Below are positions 1-7,314 of a stretch of DNA of 58,111 nucleotides, piece by piece. The notes beneath the pieces are model-generated. The model saw nothing but the letters and a program-made list of their open reading frames with translations. It was not told the origin of the DNA and did no database searches. The stretch comes from a virus (taxonomy: Duplodnaviria; Caudoviricetes), in IMG/VR virus record IMGVR_UViG_3300025141_000107, positions 1 to 58,111 of that record; one strand, written 5' to 3'. The translations under genes and the position numbers were made by a program. Position 1 is the first letter of the stretch; the number at the start of each line of letters is the position of its first letter.

Positions 1-120
1 GGTCATACCGGAATCATCTTTGAGATTCGTGAGAAGCGGAACGAAACATTCGTTTTCATTAACAGCAAGCTTGTATCATTCTTGCCGCACCATCTCGAGG
101 TGATCAGTGAAAGTCGGTGA
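1..120 (+). CDS. Partial array protein, 5' end outside the window
   Basis: Open frame GHTGIIFEI...HLEVISESR* ends in the array junction. Confidence 0.7.
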   Translation, partial: GHTGIIFEIREKRNETFVFINSKLVSFLPHHLEVISESR

Positions 121-328
121 CTTGGTAAAAATTATTGTTCCAAAAGGGAAGACACCAGGTTTGAACCCTCTCCTCGATCTAATCGACGAAGATGAAGTCG
201 TCGAGGGAATTGTCGTTGGATTTTGGACTGGACGCTGGTGGGAGATTTTGCGAAATGACCTGGGTGTCATTCAAAGGTTCCATGCAAATTGGTGTGAGGT
301 GTTTGATGAGGCTCTCAGTGAAAATTGA
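107..328 (+). CDS. MKVGDLV-family small protein (KOW/SH3-like)
   Basis: MKVGDLVK start, GIVV strand, GAGGTG RBS. Confidence 0.8.
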   Translation: MKVGDLVKIIVPKGKTPGLNPLLDLIDEDEVVEGIVVGFWTGRWWEILRNDLGVIQRFHANWCEVFDEALSEN

Positions 329-347
329 CGAATATTTGAGAATGTTA

Positions 348-377
348 CGTGCAACTAATGTATATTTAATGTATAAT
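348..377 (+). promoter_or_regulatory. Promoter, CGTGCAA-N17-TATAAT class
   Basis: GTGCAA 349-354, 17-nt spacer, TATAAT 372-377; same class as the 16.5-30.5 kb promoters. Confidence 0.7.
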
Positions 378-396
378 ATAGGTAAACGGGCTATTA

Positions 397-561
397 ATGA
401 AGATCGGTGACATGGTAAGGTTTAAGGACGTGGAAAAAAGAACTGGTGTGCTTCTTGAATACGGCACGTTTTCTGATGATTGGTGGTCTATTCTGGCTTC
501 CGACGGAAAGATGGTTGTCTGGCCAGAAACTCAGCTTGAGGTAATTGATGAATCTTGCTAG
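397..561 (+). CDS. MKVGDLV-family small protein (54 aa, not in ORF track)
   Basis: MKIGDMVRFKDVEKRTGVLL...QLEVIDESC*. Confidence 0.8.
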   Translation: MKIGDMVRFKDVEKRTGVLLEYGTFSDDWWSILASDGKMVVWPETQLEVIDESC

Positions 562-802
562 GATAAAGTGGGAAATCTTGGACTGGCTCGGGTACGTCTT
601 TTGTGAAGCGTCTTTCCGATGGTGGGATATGTTTGACGACGGTTCTGATCTGGAAGATAAGATATATCATCCAACACACTGGGAGAGGCTGACATATTTT
701 ATCGGTGTCCCGTCCTATAGAGTGGGATGTTTCTTCTACAATCTTCAGAATGATGAGGAAGCAGGTGTGATATATGAAGAGGTGATCGATGAAAGTCGGT
801 GA
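548..802 (+). CDS. Hypothetical protein in array
   Basis: Junction at both ends; ends EVIDESR. Confidence 0.75.
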   Translation: MNLARIKWEILDWLGYVFCEASFRWWDMFDDGSDLEDKIYHPTHWERLTYFIGVPSYRVGCFFYNLQNDEEAGVIYEEVIDESR

Positions 803-974
803 CCTTGTGAGATTCTTTAGTGATGAATCAGATTACGCTGATCAGGTCGGTCTCATCACGCGTATAAGACCAGTTTCCGCTGGGCCAGTCCAGGTTTATG
901 TTCAATGGCCGGACGCCGCCAACTTTATAAGATATCCCGAACGACAATTGGAGGTGATCAGTGAAAGTAGGTGA
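789..974 (+). CDS. MKVGDLV-family small protein
   Basis: MKVGDLV...LEVISESR. Confidence 0.85.
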   Translation: MKVGDLVRFFSDESDYADQVGLITRIRPVSAGPVQVYVQWPDAANFIRYPERQLEVISESR

Positions 975-1128
975 CTTGGTAATGCATACCCAGCGAAATC
1001 AAGCTGGAGTGATCGTTGAGAAGCTGGCGCGGCGCGTTGCATGGACGTGCAATGTGTGGTTGGTGCTATTCGCTGACGGGCTAGCCCGGGGGACCGACAA
1101 CAACCTCTACGTGGTCTACTACAAATGA
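961..1128 (+). CDS. MKVGDLV-family small protein (55 aa, not in ORF track)
   Basis: MKVGDLVMHTQRNQAGVIV...YYK*; ATGA overlap with the next gene. Confidence 0.8.
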   Translation: MKVGDLVMHTQRNQAGVIVEKLARRVAWTCNVWLVLFADGLARGTDNNLYVVYYK

Positions 1129-1328
1129 AAGTCGGTGACTTGGTAGCACTTCGATTATGTCAGCAAGCTGGGAAGATTGGAATGATTACAATGCTAACCA
1201 GCCCATCTCATCTTGCTAGGACTAAGCCTGAGCTAAGAATATATTGGGTCTTGACAGATGAAGGAAACCAATGCTTCACAGGCACCCAGCTGATTAGGCA
1301 CAAGTGGATGGAAAGTGAAAGTCGGTGA
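1125..1328 (+). CDS. MKVGDLV-family small protein
   Basis: MKVGDLV...ESESR. Confidence 0.85.
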   Translation: MKVGDLVALRLCQQAGKIGMITMLTSPSHLARTKPELRIYWVLTDEGNQCFTGTQLIRHKWMESESR

Positions 1329-1521
1329 TTTGGTAAAGCAAGTTTGTCGGTACTCTGGCAAGAAGATTCGAGGTTCCACCTCGGTGGTAATTGCGGTTCA
1401 TGATTGGCCTGGTAATGAGAAGCTGGATCTTGTACTGCTCAACAACGACTGCTCAGGTCGTCCACAGCGCATGGCTCATGTCTATCAAAAACACTACGTT
1501 GTCGTGAGGGAGTGCGCATGA
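1315..1521 (+). CDS. MKVGDLV-family small protein
   Basis: MKVGDLVK start. Confidence 0.8.
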   Translation: MKVGDLVKQVCRYSGKKIRGSTSVVIAVHDWPGNEKLDLVLLNNDCSGRPQRMAHVYQKHYVVVRECA

Positions 1522-1694
1522 AAGTCGGTGATCTGGTAAAATATCGGGGTGTATTCCCAGGCTCTCCACAAGCAGTGTTAGTAATTGCGGTGGGTGTCTA
1601 TGTGGGCGGCCGCGATATTAAAGTTCTATGCGCTGATGGAAATGTTAAAATGGCAAAGAGCTCAACGATGGAGTTTGTCAATGAAAGTCGGTGA
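1518..1694 (+). CDS. MKVGDLV-family small protein, paralog of 1681-1857
   Basis: MKVGDLVKYRGVFP...GVYVGGRDIK. Confidence 0.85.
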   Translation: MKVGDLVKYRGVFPGSPQAVLVIAVGVYVGGRDIKVLCADGNVKMAKSSTMEFVNESR

Positions 1695-1857
1695 TCTGGT
1701 AAAATATCGAAATGCATTCCCAGACTACCCTCAAGCAATGCTGGTAATTGAGAAGGGTGTCTATGTGGGACGGTGTGATATTAAAATAATGTGGGGCGAC
1801 AGTCATATTCAAACAACTAAGAGTAGAAAGCTGGAGGTCCTCAATGCAAGTCGGTGA
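1681..1857 (+). CDS. MKVGDLV-family small protein, paralog of 1518-1694
   Basis: MKVGDLVKYRNAFP...GVYVGRCDIK. Confidence 0.85.
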   Translation: MKVGDLVKYRNAFPDYPQAMLVIEKGVYVGRCDIKIMWGDSHIQTTKSRKLEVLNASR

Positions 1858-2035
1858 CCTGGTATCATTGAAGATGAAGAAGACACAACCTCCCCAAGTT
1901 CCGCGACACGGTGTTATTGTGAAGACGTGGAAAAATCACTACCACAAGCTAGTGCAAATAGAAGTACTGTGGGAAAAAGGACACATCTCAGCTCACATCC
2001 CAGCACTGTTTGAGGTGATTAATGAAAGTAACTAA
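1844..2035 (+). CDS. MKVGDLV-family small protein
   Basis: MQVGDLV...FEVINESN. Confidence 0.85.
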   Translation: MQVGDLVSLKMKKTQPPQVPRHGVIVKTWKNHYHKLVQIEVLWEKGHISAHIPALFEVINESN

Positions 2036-2068
2036 AGACAATAGCAATAATGACAAAGAGGAAATAAA

Positions 2069-2311
2069 ATGGCAGAATGTATAACATGTGAAGAAGAGTA
2101 TTCAGATAAACGATTAGAATTAGGATACGAAACTTGTTTAGACTGTGGACAAGCAGAAGCTGTAGGTGTTATAAATGCTCGCAAAAAGAGGGTTCTAGCA
2201 GAAATAGCTCCAACAGCTACAGCTTCAGGAGAATTCGATAAAGACACTGCAAGGAATGATTGGGATGACAGAAAGAATGATCCAGAAGGACAAGAAGATG
2301 AAAGTCGGTGA
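2069..2311 (+). CDS. DksA/TraR-type C4 zinc-finger protein
   Basis: CITCEEEYSDKRLELGYETCLDC resembles the CxxC..RL..CxxC finger of DksA/TraR; GAGG RBS. Confidence 0.6.
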   Translation: MAECITCEEEYSDKRLELGYETCLDCGQAEAVGVINARKKRVLAEIAPTATASGEFDKDTARNDWDDRKNDPEGQEDESR

Positions 2312-2513
2312 TCATGTTCGCTTGAGTGAGAAAGCTGTTAGTGTATACGGATTCAGCTCTAATTCTGGCTTGATTATCGATAAGGTTTCGCAAAACACAT
2401 ATTCGGCTTCAGCTGGATATCCGGATGACTATCACATATTGATTAATGGTAAGGTTGAACTTGTAGGTTTTGCAATAGAAAAAGATTGTGAGGTGATCGA
2501 TGAAAGTCGGTGA
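2298..2513 (+). CDS. MKVGDLV-family small protein
   Basis: MKVGDHV...EVIDESR. Confidence 0.85.
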   Translation: MKVGDHVRLSEKAVSVYGFSSNSGLIIDKVSQNTYSASAGYPDDYHILINGKVELVGFAIEKDCEVIDESR

Positions 2514-2772
2514 CCTGGTGAAAATGAAGCGAGGCCCCTTCATGCGTGCAATGCCTGGGATTGTTGTTCGTATCGACGAGCAGCACTATGGCTCTTCTAC
2601 AGCCTACAAGGTTTCAAAGGTCGAGCGTGGTAAATGTATTCGTTCGAACATGGTTGATTTTATTGGTGTGACGGCTGACGGTATTCGAGATCGAGTACTG
2701 ATACTGTGGTCAGACAAGGGATTTACATACGAAGAATCTAACAGGCTGGAGGTGATCAATGGTAACACCTAG
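2500..2772 (+). CDS. MKVGDLV-family small protein
   Basis: MKVGDLVK...LEVINGNT. Confidence 0.85.
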   Translation: MKVGDLVKMKRGPFMRAMPGIVVRIDEQHYGSSTAYKVSKVERGKCIRSNMVDFIGVTADGIRDRVLILWSDKGFTYEESNRLEVINGNT

Positions 2773-2932
2773 CGGTGCACCAAGTGTGGGAGACCTTGTG
2801 ATAGTTAAGGGATCGATTGGTCCGACGAAACTGGTCACAAAGACACGCGGTATATGGATTCTCGTCATCAGTGAGTGTCACGAGAACTGGTTGCGAAGAA
2901 CAGACGTCAGGATTATCAATGAAAGTCGGTGA
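2759..2932 (+). CDS. MKVGDLV-family small protein (57 aa, not in ORF track)
   Basis: MVTPSGAPSVGDLVIVK...IINESR*. Confidence 0.75.
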   Translation: MVTPSGAPSVGDLVIVKGSIGPTKLVTKTRGIWILVISECHENWLRRTDVRIINESR

Positions 2933-3173
2933 TCTAGTAGAAATATATCGACATATTCCGCGGTATGAATCAGGAGAGATTCAGGTTGGAAAAATGGGAA
3001 TCGGTGTCATCGTAGATATTAGCAGTTTCAATATCATGACTACACAAGATCATCCAAAGCGAGTTTCATATATCACGCCAGATGGCAGTCTTAAGTCAGA
3101 GTGGGTGGGTGATACAGAAGATAATACTTGCGGTGCTATTGTAACTATGAAGGTGATCGATGAAAATAGATAA
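2919..3173 (+). CDS. MKVGDLV-family small protein
   Basis: MKVGDLVE...VIDENR. Confidence 0.85.
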   Translation: MKVGDLVEIYRHIPRYESGEIQVGKMGIGVIVDISSFNIMTTQDHPKRVSYITPDGSLKSEWVGDTEDNTCGAIVTMKVIDENR

Positions 3174-3360
3174 TCTCGTATTTCTTAGAGACATCAGGAA
3201 GCAGAAATTACAAGCTCATACAATAGAGTCTGCAACAATTTTTTCTCTTGAGAGGCCTGATGATGAGTTGACACTGACTCAGCTTGAGTGTGTTGTCGGT
3301 GGCCTAGATACGAAAAGATTTTCTTTGTGGAGAGCAAAGCTGTTAAGTGAAAAGGGGTGA
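3160..3360 (+). CDS. Small protein with a double-glycine-leader-like motif
   Basis: ELTLTQLECVVGG followed by an 18-aa basic tail. Confidence 0.6.
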   Translation: MKIDNLVFLRDIRKQKLQAHTIESATIFSLERPDDELTLTQLECVVGGLDTKRFSLWRAKLLSEKG

Positions 3361-3529
3361 TCTGGTTATAAGAGAAGATGAAAACCTTGTGGGAATAGTT
3401 GTCGAACTAAAAAATGATAATTTAGAAATTCCACCGGCATGCTTAGTCATGTGGGAAGATGGCAGAATTAGTGGAAAGTGGTGGGATGATTTGAAAATCA
3501 TCAATAAAAGTGATATAATAAAAAGGTAA
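3347..3529 (+). CDS. MKVGDLV-family small protein
   Basis: MKRGDLV..GIVV..VMWEDG. Confidence 0.8.
   Translation: MKRGDLVIREDENLVGIVVELKNDNLEIPPACLVMWEDGRISGKWWDDLKIINKSDIIKR
3491..3519 (+). promoter_or_regulatory. Sigma70-like promoter
   Basis: TTGAAA-N17-TATAAT upstream of 3561. Confidence 0.5.
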
Positions 3530-3560
3530 TCTAATTTTTAAAAATGAAACGTGTAAAACA

Positions 3561-3758
3561 ATGAAAGTAGGTGATCTTGTGAAGATGAAGTATATATCCT
3601 TTTGGATGAAAAAGACGGGTGATGATGTAATTAGATACACTGAGGCACCGCTGCTAGTTCTTGAGACGTCCAACAATGCAGTCAAAGTAATTCTACCTGG
3701 TGGAGAAGTGAAATCAGGTTTGATTGAATACTATGAGGTGATAAGTGAAGCTAGTTAG
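3561..3758 (+). CDS. MKVGDLV-family small protein
   Basis: MKVGDLVK...EVISEAS. Confidence 0.85.
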   Translation: MKVGDLVKMKYISFWMKKTGDDVIRYTEAPLLVLETSNNAVKVILPGGEVKSGLIEYYEVISEAS

Positions 3759-4050
3759 AGATGGTATACCAGAAATAATTGAAGCTGATGGTAGCTGGTG
3801 CTTAACTAGATCTGTAAGCAGTGTTGATGAGCACGTCGAGTTGCTGGAGCTTAAGATGATAGAAGAGACACAAGAGTTTATCGAGAATCCTTGCTATGAA
3901 GAAGCCGCTGATATGCTCGAAGTCATTAAGGCATTTTGCCATCTGAATGATTTGGATTTTGAAGTAGCGATTAACGTCGCAAGAAATAAGCAAGAGACTC
4001 ACGGCGGTTTTTATGATGGTATCATATTGCAAAAGGTAGGGAAAGAATGA
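3745..4050 (+). CDS. MazG-like all-alpha NTP pyrophosphohydrolase
   Basis: KLVRDxIPEII, K-x-x-EE-x-x-EF, EEAADMLEV and GGF motifs. Confidence 0.8.
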   Translation: MKLVRDGIPEIIEADGSWCLTRSVSSVDEHVELLELKMIEETQEFIENPCYEEAADMLEVIKAFCHLNDLDFEVAINVARNKQETHGGFYDGIILQKVGKE

Positions 4051-4271
4051 AAATTGGTGATCTTGTAGAAGTAAAAGCATGTCCGCCACAGGCATGGGAG
4101 GATTATCAGTGTGAATGTTTTTTTTGTAGTGGAAACTCTAATCGCGTTGGGGTAGTGCTTGGTCCGGCACCACTAAACAGCTGGCACGTAATGTTCGACT
4201 GTGGATCCTGGCGTCTTGATGACTTCGAGGAAGCTCGTGGAGAAGTGAAGGTGATCAGTGAAGGTAATTGA
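4047..4271 (+). CDS. MKVGDLV-family small protein with Cys-rich insert
   Basis: MKIGDLV; CECFFC. Confidence 0.8.
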   Translation: MKIGDLVEVKACPPQAWEDYQCECFFCSGNSNRVGVVLGPAPLNSWHVMFDCGSWRLDDFEEARGEVKVISEGN

Positions 4272-4467
4272 TCTTCATGGTATAAAACATGAAGACGTTG
4301 ACAATATTATCATTGATGCGTGCTCTAAGTATGAAACACCTTTCATTATCATTACAGGAAATTCGAACAAGATGAAGCTAATAGTGGAAACAATAGTAAA
4401 TAAGTTTGAGCTAAGAATTCGAGATTCACTTAGGAATTCAGGAAGGGTCGTAGTTGATGAAGTATAG
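4258..4467 (+). CDS. Smr-domain-like small protein
   Basis: IDLHG...IITG...NSG motifs. Confidence 0.7.
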   Translation: MKVIDLHGIKHEDVDNIIIDACSKYETPFIIITGNSNKMKLIVETIVNKFELRIRDSLRNSGRVVVDEV

Positions 4468-4912
4468 TCTCGAATACGTGACATTGAAGCCAGCACTTTG
4501 GGAATCTAGTGATCCTGTAAGGCCTGGTCTTAGCGCTGAGTTTAAAACAGCACCAGGAAGAGGGGTTTTTGGGCTGAAGGGCAGAGATGGTGAATGGAAA
4601 GCTTTCATGTGCTATGCGCGAACTATAGATATTCCTAGAAATATTGAAGACCTGACAAGCATGACTTCACAATTTGGGAGAATTATAATCCCATACACAG
4701 TGTGGAGTCACGAAAGAGGTGCTGGCAGAGCTATTATCAAAGAAGTTCTAGTGCTAGCACAAGATTTTGATATGGGTGTAGATCGCGTCGTTACTCTTTC
4801 TCCTCTGACTACGATGGCTAGAAAATTTCATTTACGAAATGACGCTACTGAATTTAGAATGAATGAAACAACAGTTAATTTTGAATATGAGGTGATCAGT
4901 GAAAGTAGGTGA
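4454..4912 (+). CDS. GNAT-like acetyltransferase-fold protein
   Basis: YTVWSHERGAGR (motif A-like), TLSP...ARKFH; ends EVISESR. Confidence 0.55.
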   Translation: MMKYSLEYVTLKPALWESSDPVRPGLSAEFKTAPGRGVFGLKGRDGEWKAFMCYARTIDIPRNIEDLTSMTSQFGRIIIPYTVWSHERGAGRAIIKEVLVLAQDFDMGVDRVVTLSPLTTMARKFHLRNDATEFRMNETTVNFEYEVISESR

Positions 4913-5168
4913 TATCGTACGTCAAAATCATAGTCTTTTAGAGATAAGGAAGGGGACCGCACTTCAACGTCACTCTATGATTACAGGTGTTGTTGTTGAA
5001 ATACGTAATCAGTCTTCTCCAAAAGAGAACGAGACTGAATTTCTACGTGGGTGGATGGATCGTCTTGGACGGCTAGTAGATGTGCTGTGGGCAAACGGTC
5101 GGCTAAGTAAGAATTTTGCAGAGAATAGTCTCGATGTAGTTAGCACGAAAGAGGAATCACCGTCGTGA
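4899..5168 (+). CDS. MKVGDLV-family small protein
   Basis: MKVGDIV..GVVV..VLWANG. Confidence 0.8.
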   Translation: MKVGDIVRQNHSLLEIRKGTALQRHSMITGVVVEIRNQSSPKENETEFLRGWMDRLGRLVDVLWANGRLSKNFAENSLDVVSTKEESPS

Positions 5169-5172
5169 AGAT

Positions 5173-5376
5173 TTGAAAAATATAGGAAAGGTTATCTCAT
5201 GGAGATTGATTTCTATATTGATAACACTTGCAGTAACATTCTTCATGACAGGTGATTTGAAAGGTGCATCAGCTACAACTGCTGTTCTTCATACAGTTCT
5301 TATTTTTTCTCACTTGATGTTTGAAAATATCTGGGAAAATCTTTGTTCATCTAAAACAGGCCGTAAAGACACATAG
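5173..5376 (+). CDS. DUF2061-like small membrane protein
   Basis: KVISWR..TG..E-x-x-W pattern, two hydrophobic segments. Confidence 0.6.
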   Translation: MKNIGKVISWRLISILITLAVTFFMTGDLKGASATTAVLHTVLIFSHLMFENIWENLCSSKTGRKDT

Positions 5377-5647
5377 TTATACTTGTCCGGAAAAAGATGT
5401 GCGCAAAGAAGACATTGTTGAGCTAATTAGGGTTGACCTTCCTGACCATACCAATGGTGCATTTGATGTCAAGATAGAGTCAGATGATGGTGGCGCGCAT
5501 ATTTCAATCTTTCTCGAGGATCACACAAATTCTCAGGTTATAATGGGAAAATTTTCTAGAAGATTTAAAGATAGCAGGATCCTAATTATTAAAGTCCCGA
5601 AGGGATCGCTCGACTATCTTAGAACTTCTAGTCTAAAATCCAAGTAG
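5321..5647 (+). CDS. Hypothetical protein, start uncertain
   Basis: Fills a gap on the coding strand. Confidence 0.55.
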   Translation: MKISGKIFVHLKQAVKTHSYTCPEKDVRKEDIVELIRVDLPDHTNGAFDVKIESDDGGAHISIFLEDHTNSQVIMGKFSRRFKDSRILIIKVPKGSLDYLRTSSLKSK

Positions 5648-5673
5648 CGAAATAAATATCTCTATAGGCGAGG

Positions 5674-5844
5674 ATGAAAATGAGATATTTAATCTTTATA
5701 TTTTTCTTGATGGCATGTCCAAAGAAAAATGATGTCAAAACATACGAAAAAAAAGAGAAAGAGAGGGCACTTCAGGAGCTTTTAGAGGAAGAGGATTTTG
5801 ATGAGATACCAGAAGCTAATGAAGATATCAAAGAAGAGGATTAA
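5674..5844 (+). CDS. Small acidic putative lipoprotein (56 aa)
   Basis: MKMRYLIFIFFLMAC lipobox-like N-terminus. Confidence 0.55.
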   Translation: MKMRYLIFIFFLMACPKKNDVKTYEKKEKERALQELLEEEDFDEIPEANEDIKEED

Positions 5845-5915
5845 ATAGATTGTTAATACTGTTTTAATATTAGATAGAAGCAATATATTTATTATAGCAC
5901 ACACTGGATATTGAT

Positions 5916-6827
5916 ATGAAAATTTCAAAAAAAGCCCTTAGGAAAATTATTAGAGAACAGGCAGCGAGGCTCCTCGAGACACCCAATCCATCAGAGACAC
6001 CTTTGCCTAGTGTTCCACAGGATGTACTTGATGCAGGCATCAGTGTCGCCAGTGCCGTGGTCGCTCTTGATTTTATGTCGAAGATGGCACTAGCATCATC
6101 ACTCGCAGATGATCTTGATAAGATGCTTTCTTGCGCTATGACCGCAGCGAACCCATCTGAGGGAGATATAGCAAAGGGTCTTGAGTGCCTGATGCTTATT
6201 AGCAAGCACAAAGCTAAGCTGCAAGAAACTATCCCAGGTGAGAGTGAGAATATAGATAAGATTGAGACATGGATAATGACAATTCCTTCTCAGCTTCCTG
6301 CAATACCGATTCCTAACCCACTAGAGGAAAAAATGAAAATAACGCGCAACCAGCTCAGAAATTTACTCACTACAACTTTGAATGAGTCAACTAATAGATC
6401 ATATAAGATGACATATGAAAAGCCACCCATGCCTATGCAGAGTAGAGCTGATCCAGAATTTGCACAGCTAATTAAAAAGAGTAGAATAAAAGCTGAAGAC
6501 TCGATGAAGATCACTCGCAGTCAGTTGATGCAGATTATGCAAGAAGAACTTGGTAAGTCTGCACCATTCGGCAGTGGAATGAAGCAGGCCAAGCTTGACA
6601 AGGATCAGAAGAAGATCGTCGGCCACACATGACTGACTCATGTTAGGCGGAAGGGTTCCGCTTTAAAAGAGCTAGGTGTGGTCAAGAGACATTCATTAAA
6701 TGAATCAGGGGACGTAAAAAACTATGATGTATACTGGACTGAAAGTGGTGTGCTTGAGAAGGGAATACCGGTTCACATGCTCGAATCAGTTAAGCAACAG
6801 CATCATGCTCACGAAGCTACAGAATAG
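5916..6827 (+). CDS. Leader-bearing protein read through TGA 6630-6632; candidate selenoprotein
   Basis: Three MKI[ST]-type leaders (5916, 6333, 6504); after TGA the frame stays open 64 codons to TAG 6825-6827, ending 12 nt before the next gene; SECIS-like hairpin. Confidence 0.7.
6633..6675 (+). promoter_or_regulatory. Bacterial SECIS-like stem-loop
   Basis: TTAGGCGGAA-GGG-TTCCGCTTTAA upper stem with G-rich loop starting 20 nt after UGA; lower stem CTGACTC/GAGCTAG. Confidence 0.65.
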
Positions 6828-6839
6828 CTAGGAAAGTAG

Positions 6840-7304
6840 ATGAAAATCACCCGTAGACATCTTAGACGACTCATCAATGAAGAGATTACAATTTTATCTG
6901 AGCATGATGGTCACCACGGTGATCATGCATCTGTTGATCAGCGATTTCGCTGGTATCTTGATGTAACTAGCAGGATTGCTTCTAAAAGAGGATCAGCTAT
7001 AGAGGGTGAAATACAGGGCTTGAGAAGAGATGTAGCAGAGTTACTCGGTGATCTAGAGAGACATCTACCTGGCCACAGTCCTGCCTATGATCATCTTATG
7101 AACTTGGTTTTGCGCAATGATGACTTTCCTATACTCTCGTCCCTATTTGCAGATGAAATCAGCGTTCAGAATGATAACACTGATGTTGCAAATACAAGCT
7201 ACTCCGTTGATGATGTCGTATTTCACGATGTGGACTTGAGTGATATCGATGTCGAAGAGCTTGAAGGTAAAACAGGTGCTGCTCAAACTAGGGAAATCCC
7301 ATGA
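6840..7304 (+). CDS. MKITRRQLR-leader protein
   Basis: MKITRRHLRRLINEE..ILSE. Confidence 0.8.
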   Translation: MKITRRHLRRLINEEITILSEHDGHHGDHASVDQRFRWYLDVTSRIASKRGSAIEGEIQGLRRDVAELLGDLERHLPGHSPAYDHLMNLVLRNDDFPILSSLFADEISVQNDNTDVANTSYSVDDVVFHDVDLSDIDVEELEGKTGAAQTREIP

Positions 7305-7314
7305 GAGAAAACAA

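Larger units (their letters stand above)
97..4912 (+). repeat. Dispersed ~24-nt gene-junction repeat GAGGTGATCRRTGAAAGTYGGTGA (RBS, start and upstream stop)
   Basis: 14-nt start/stop overlaps at 107, 397, 548, 789, 961, 1315, 1681, 1844, 2022, 2298, 2500, 2759, 2919, 3160, 3347, 3745, 4258, 4454 and 4899; conservation varies between copies. Confidence 0.9.

Noticed and set aside
318-410. 30-aa ORF between two junction-like sequences
   Set aside because: It mostly consists of a promoter (348-377), so it is treated as a promoter-bearing spacer rather than a confident gene
1-5168. Diversity-generating retroelement driving array variation
   Set aside because: No reverse transcriptase and no template/variable repeat pair with adenine-specific differences seen
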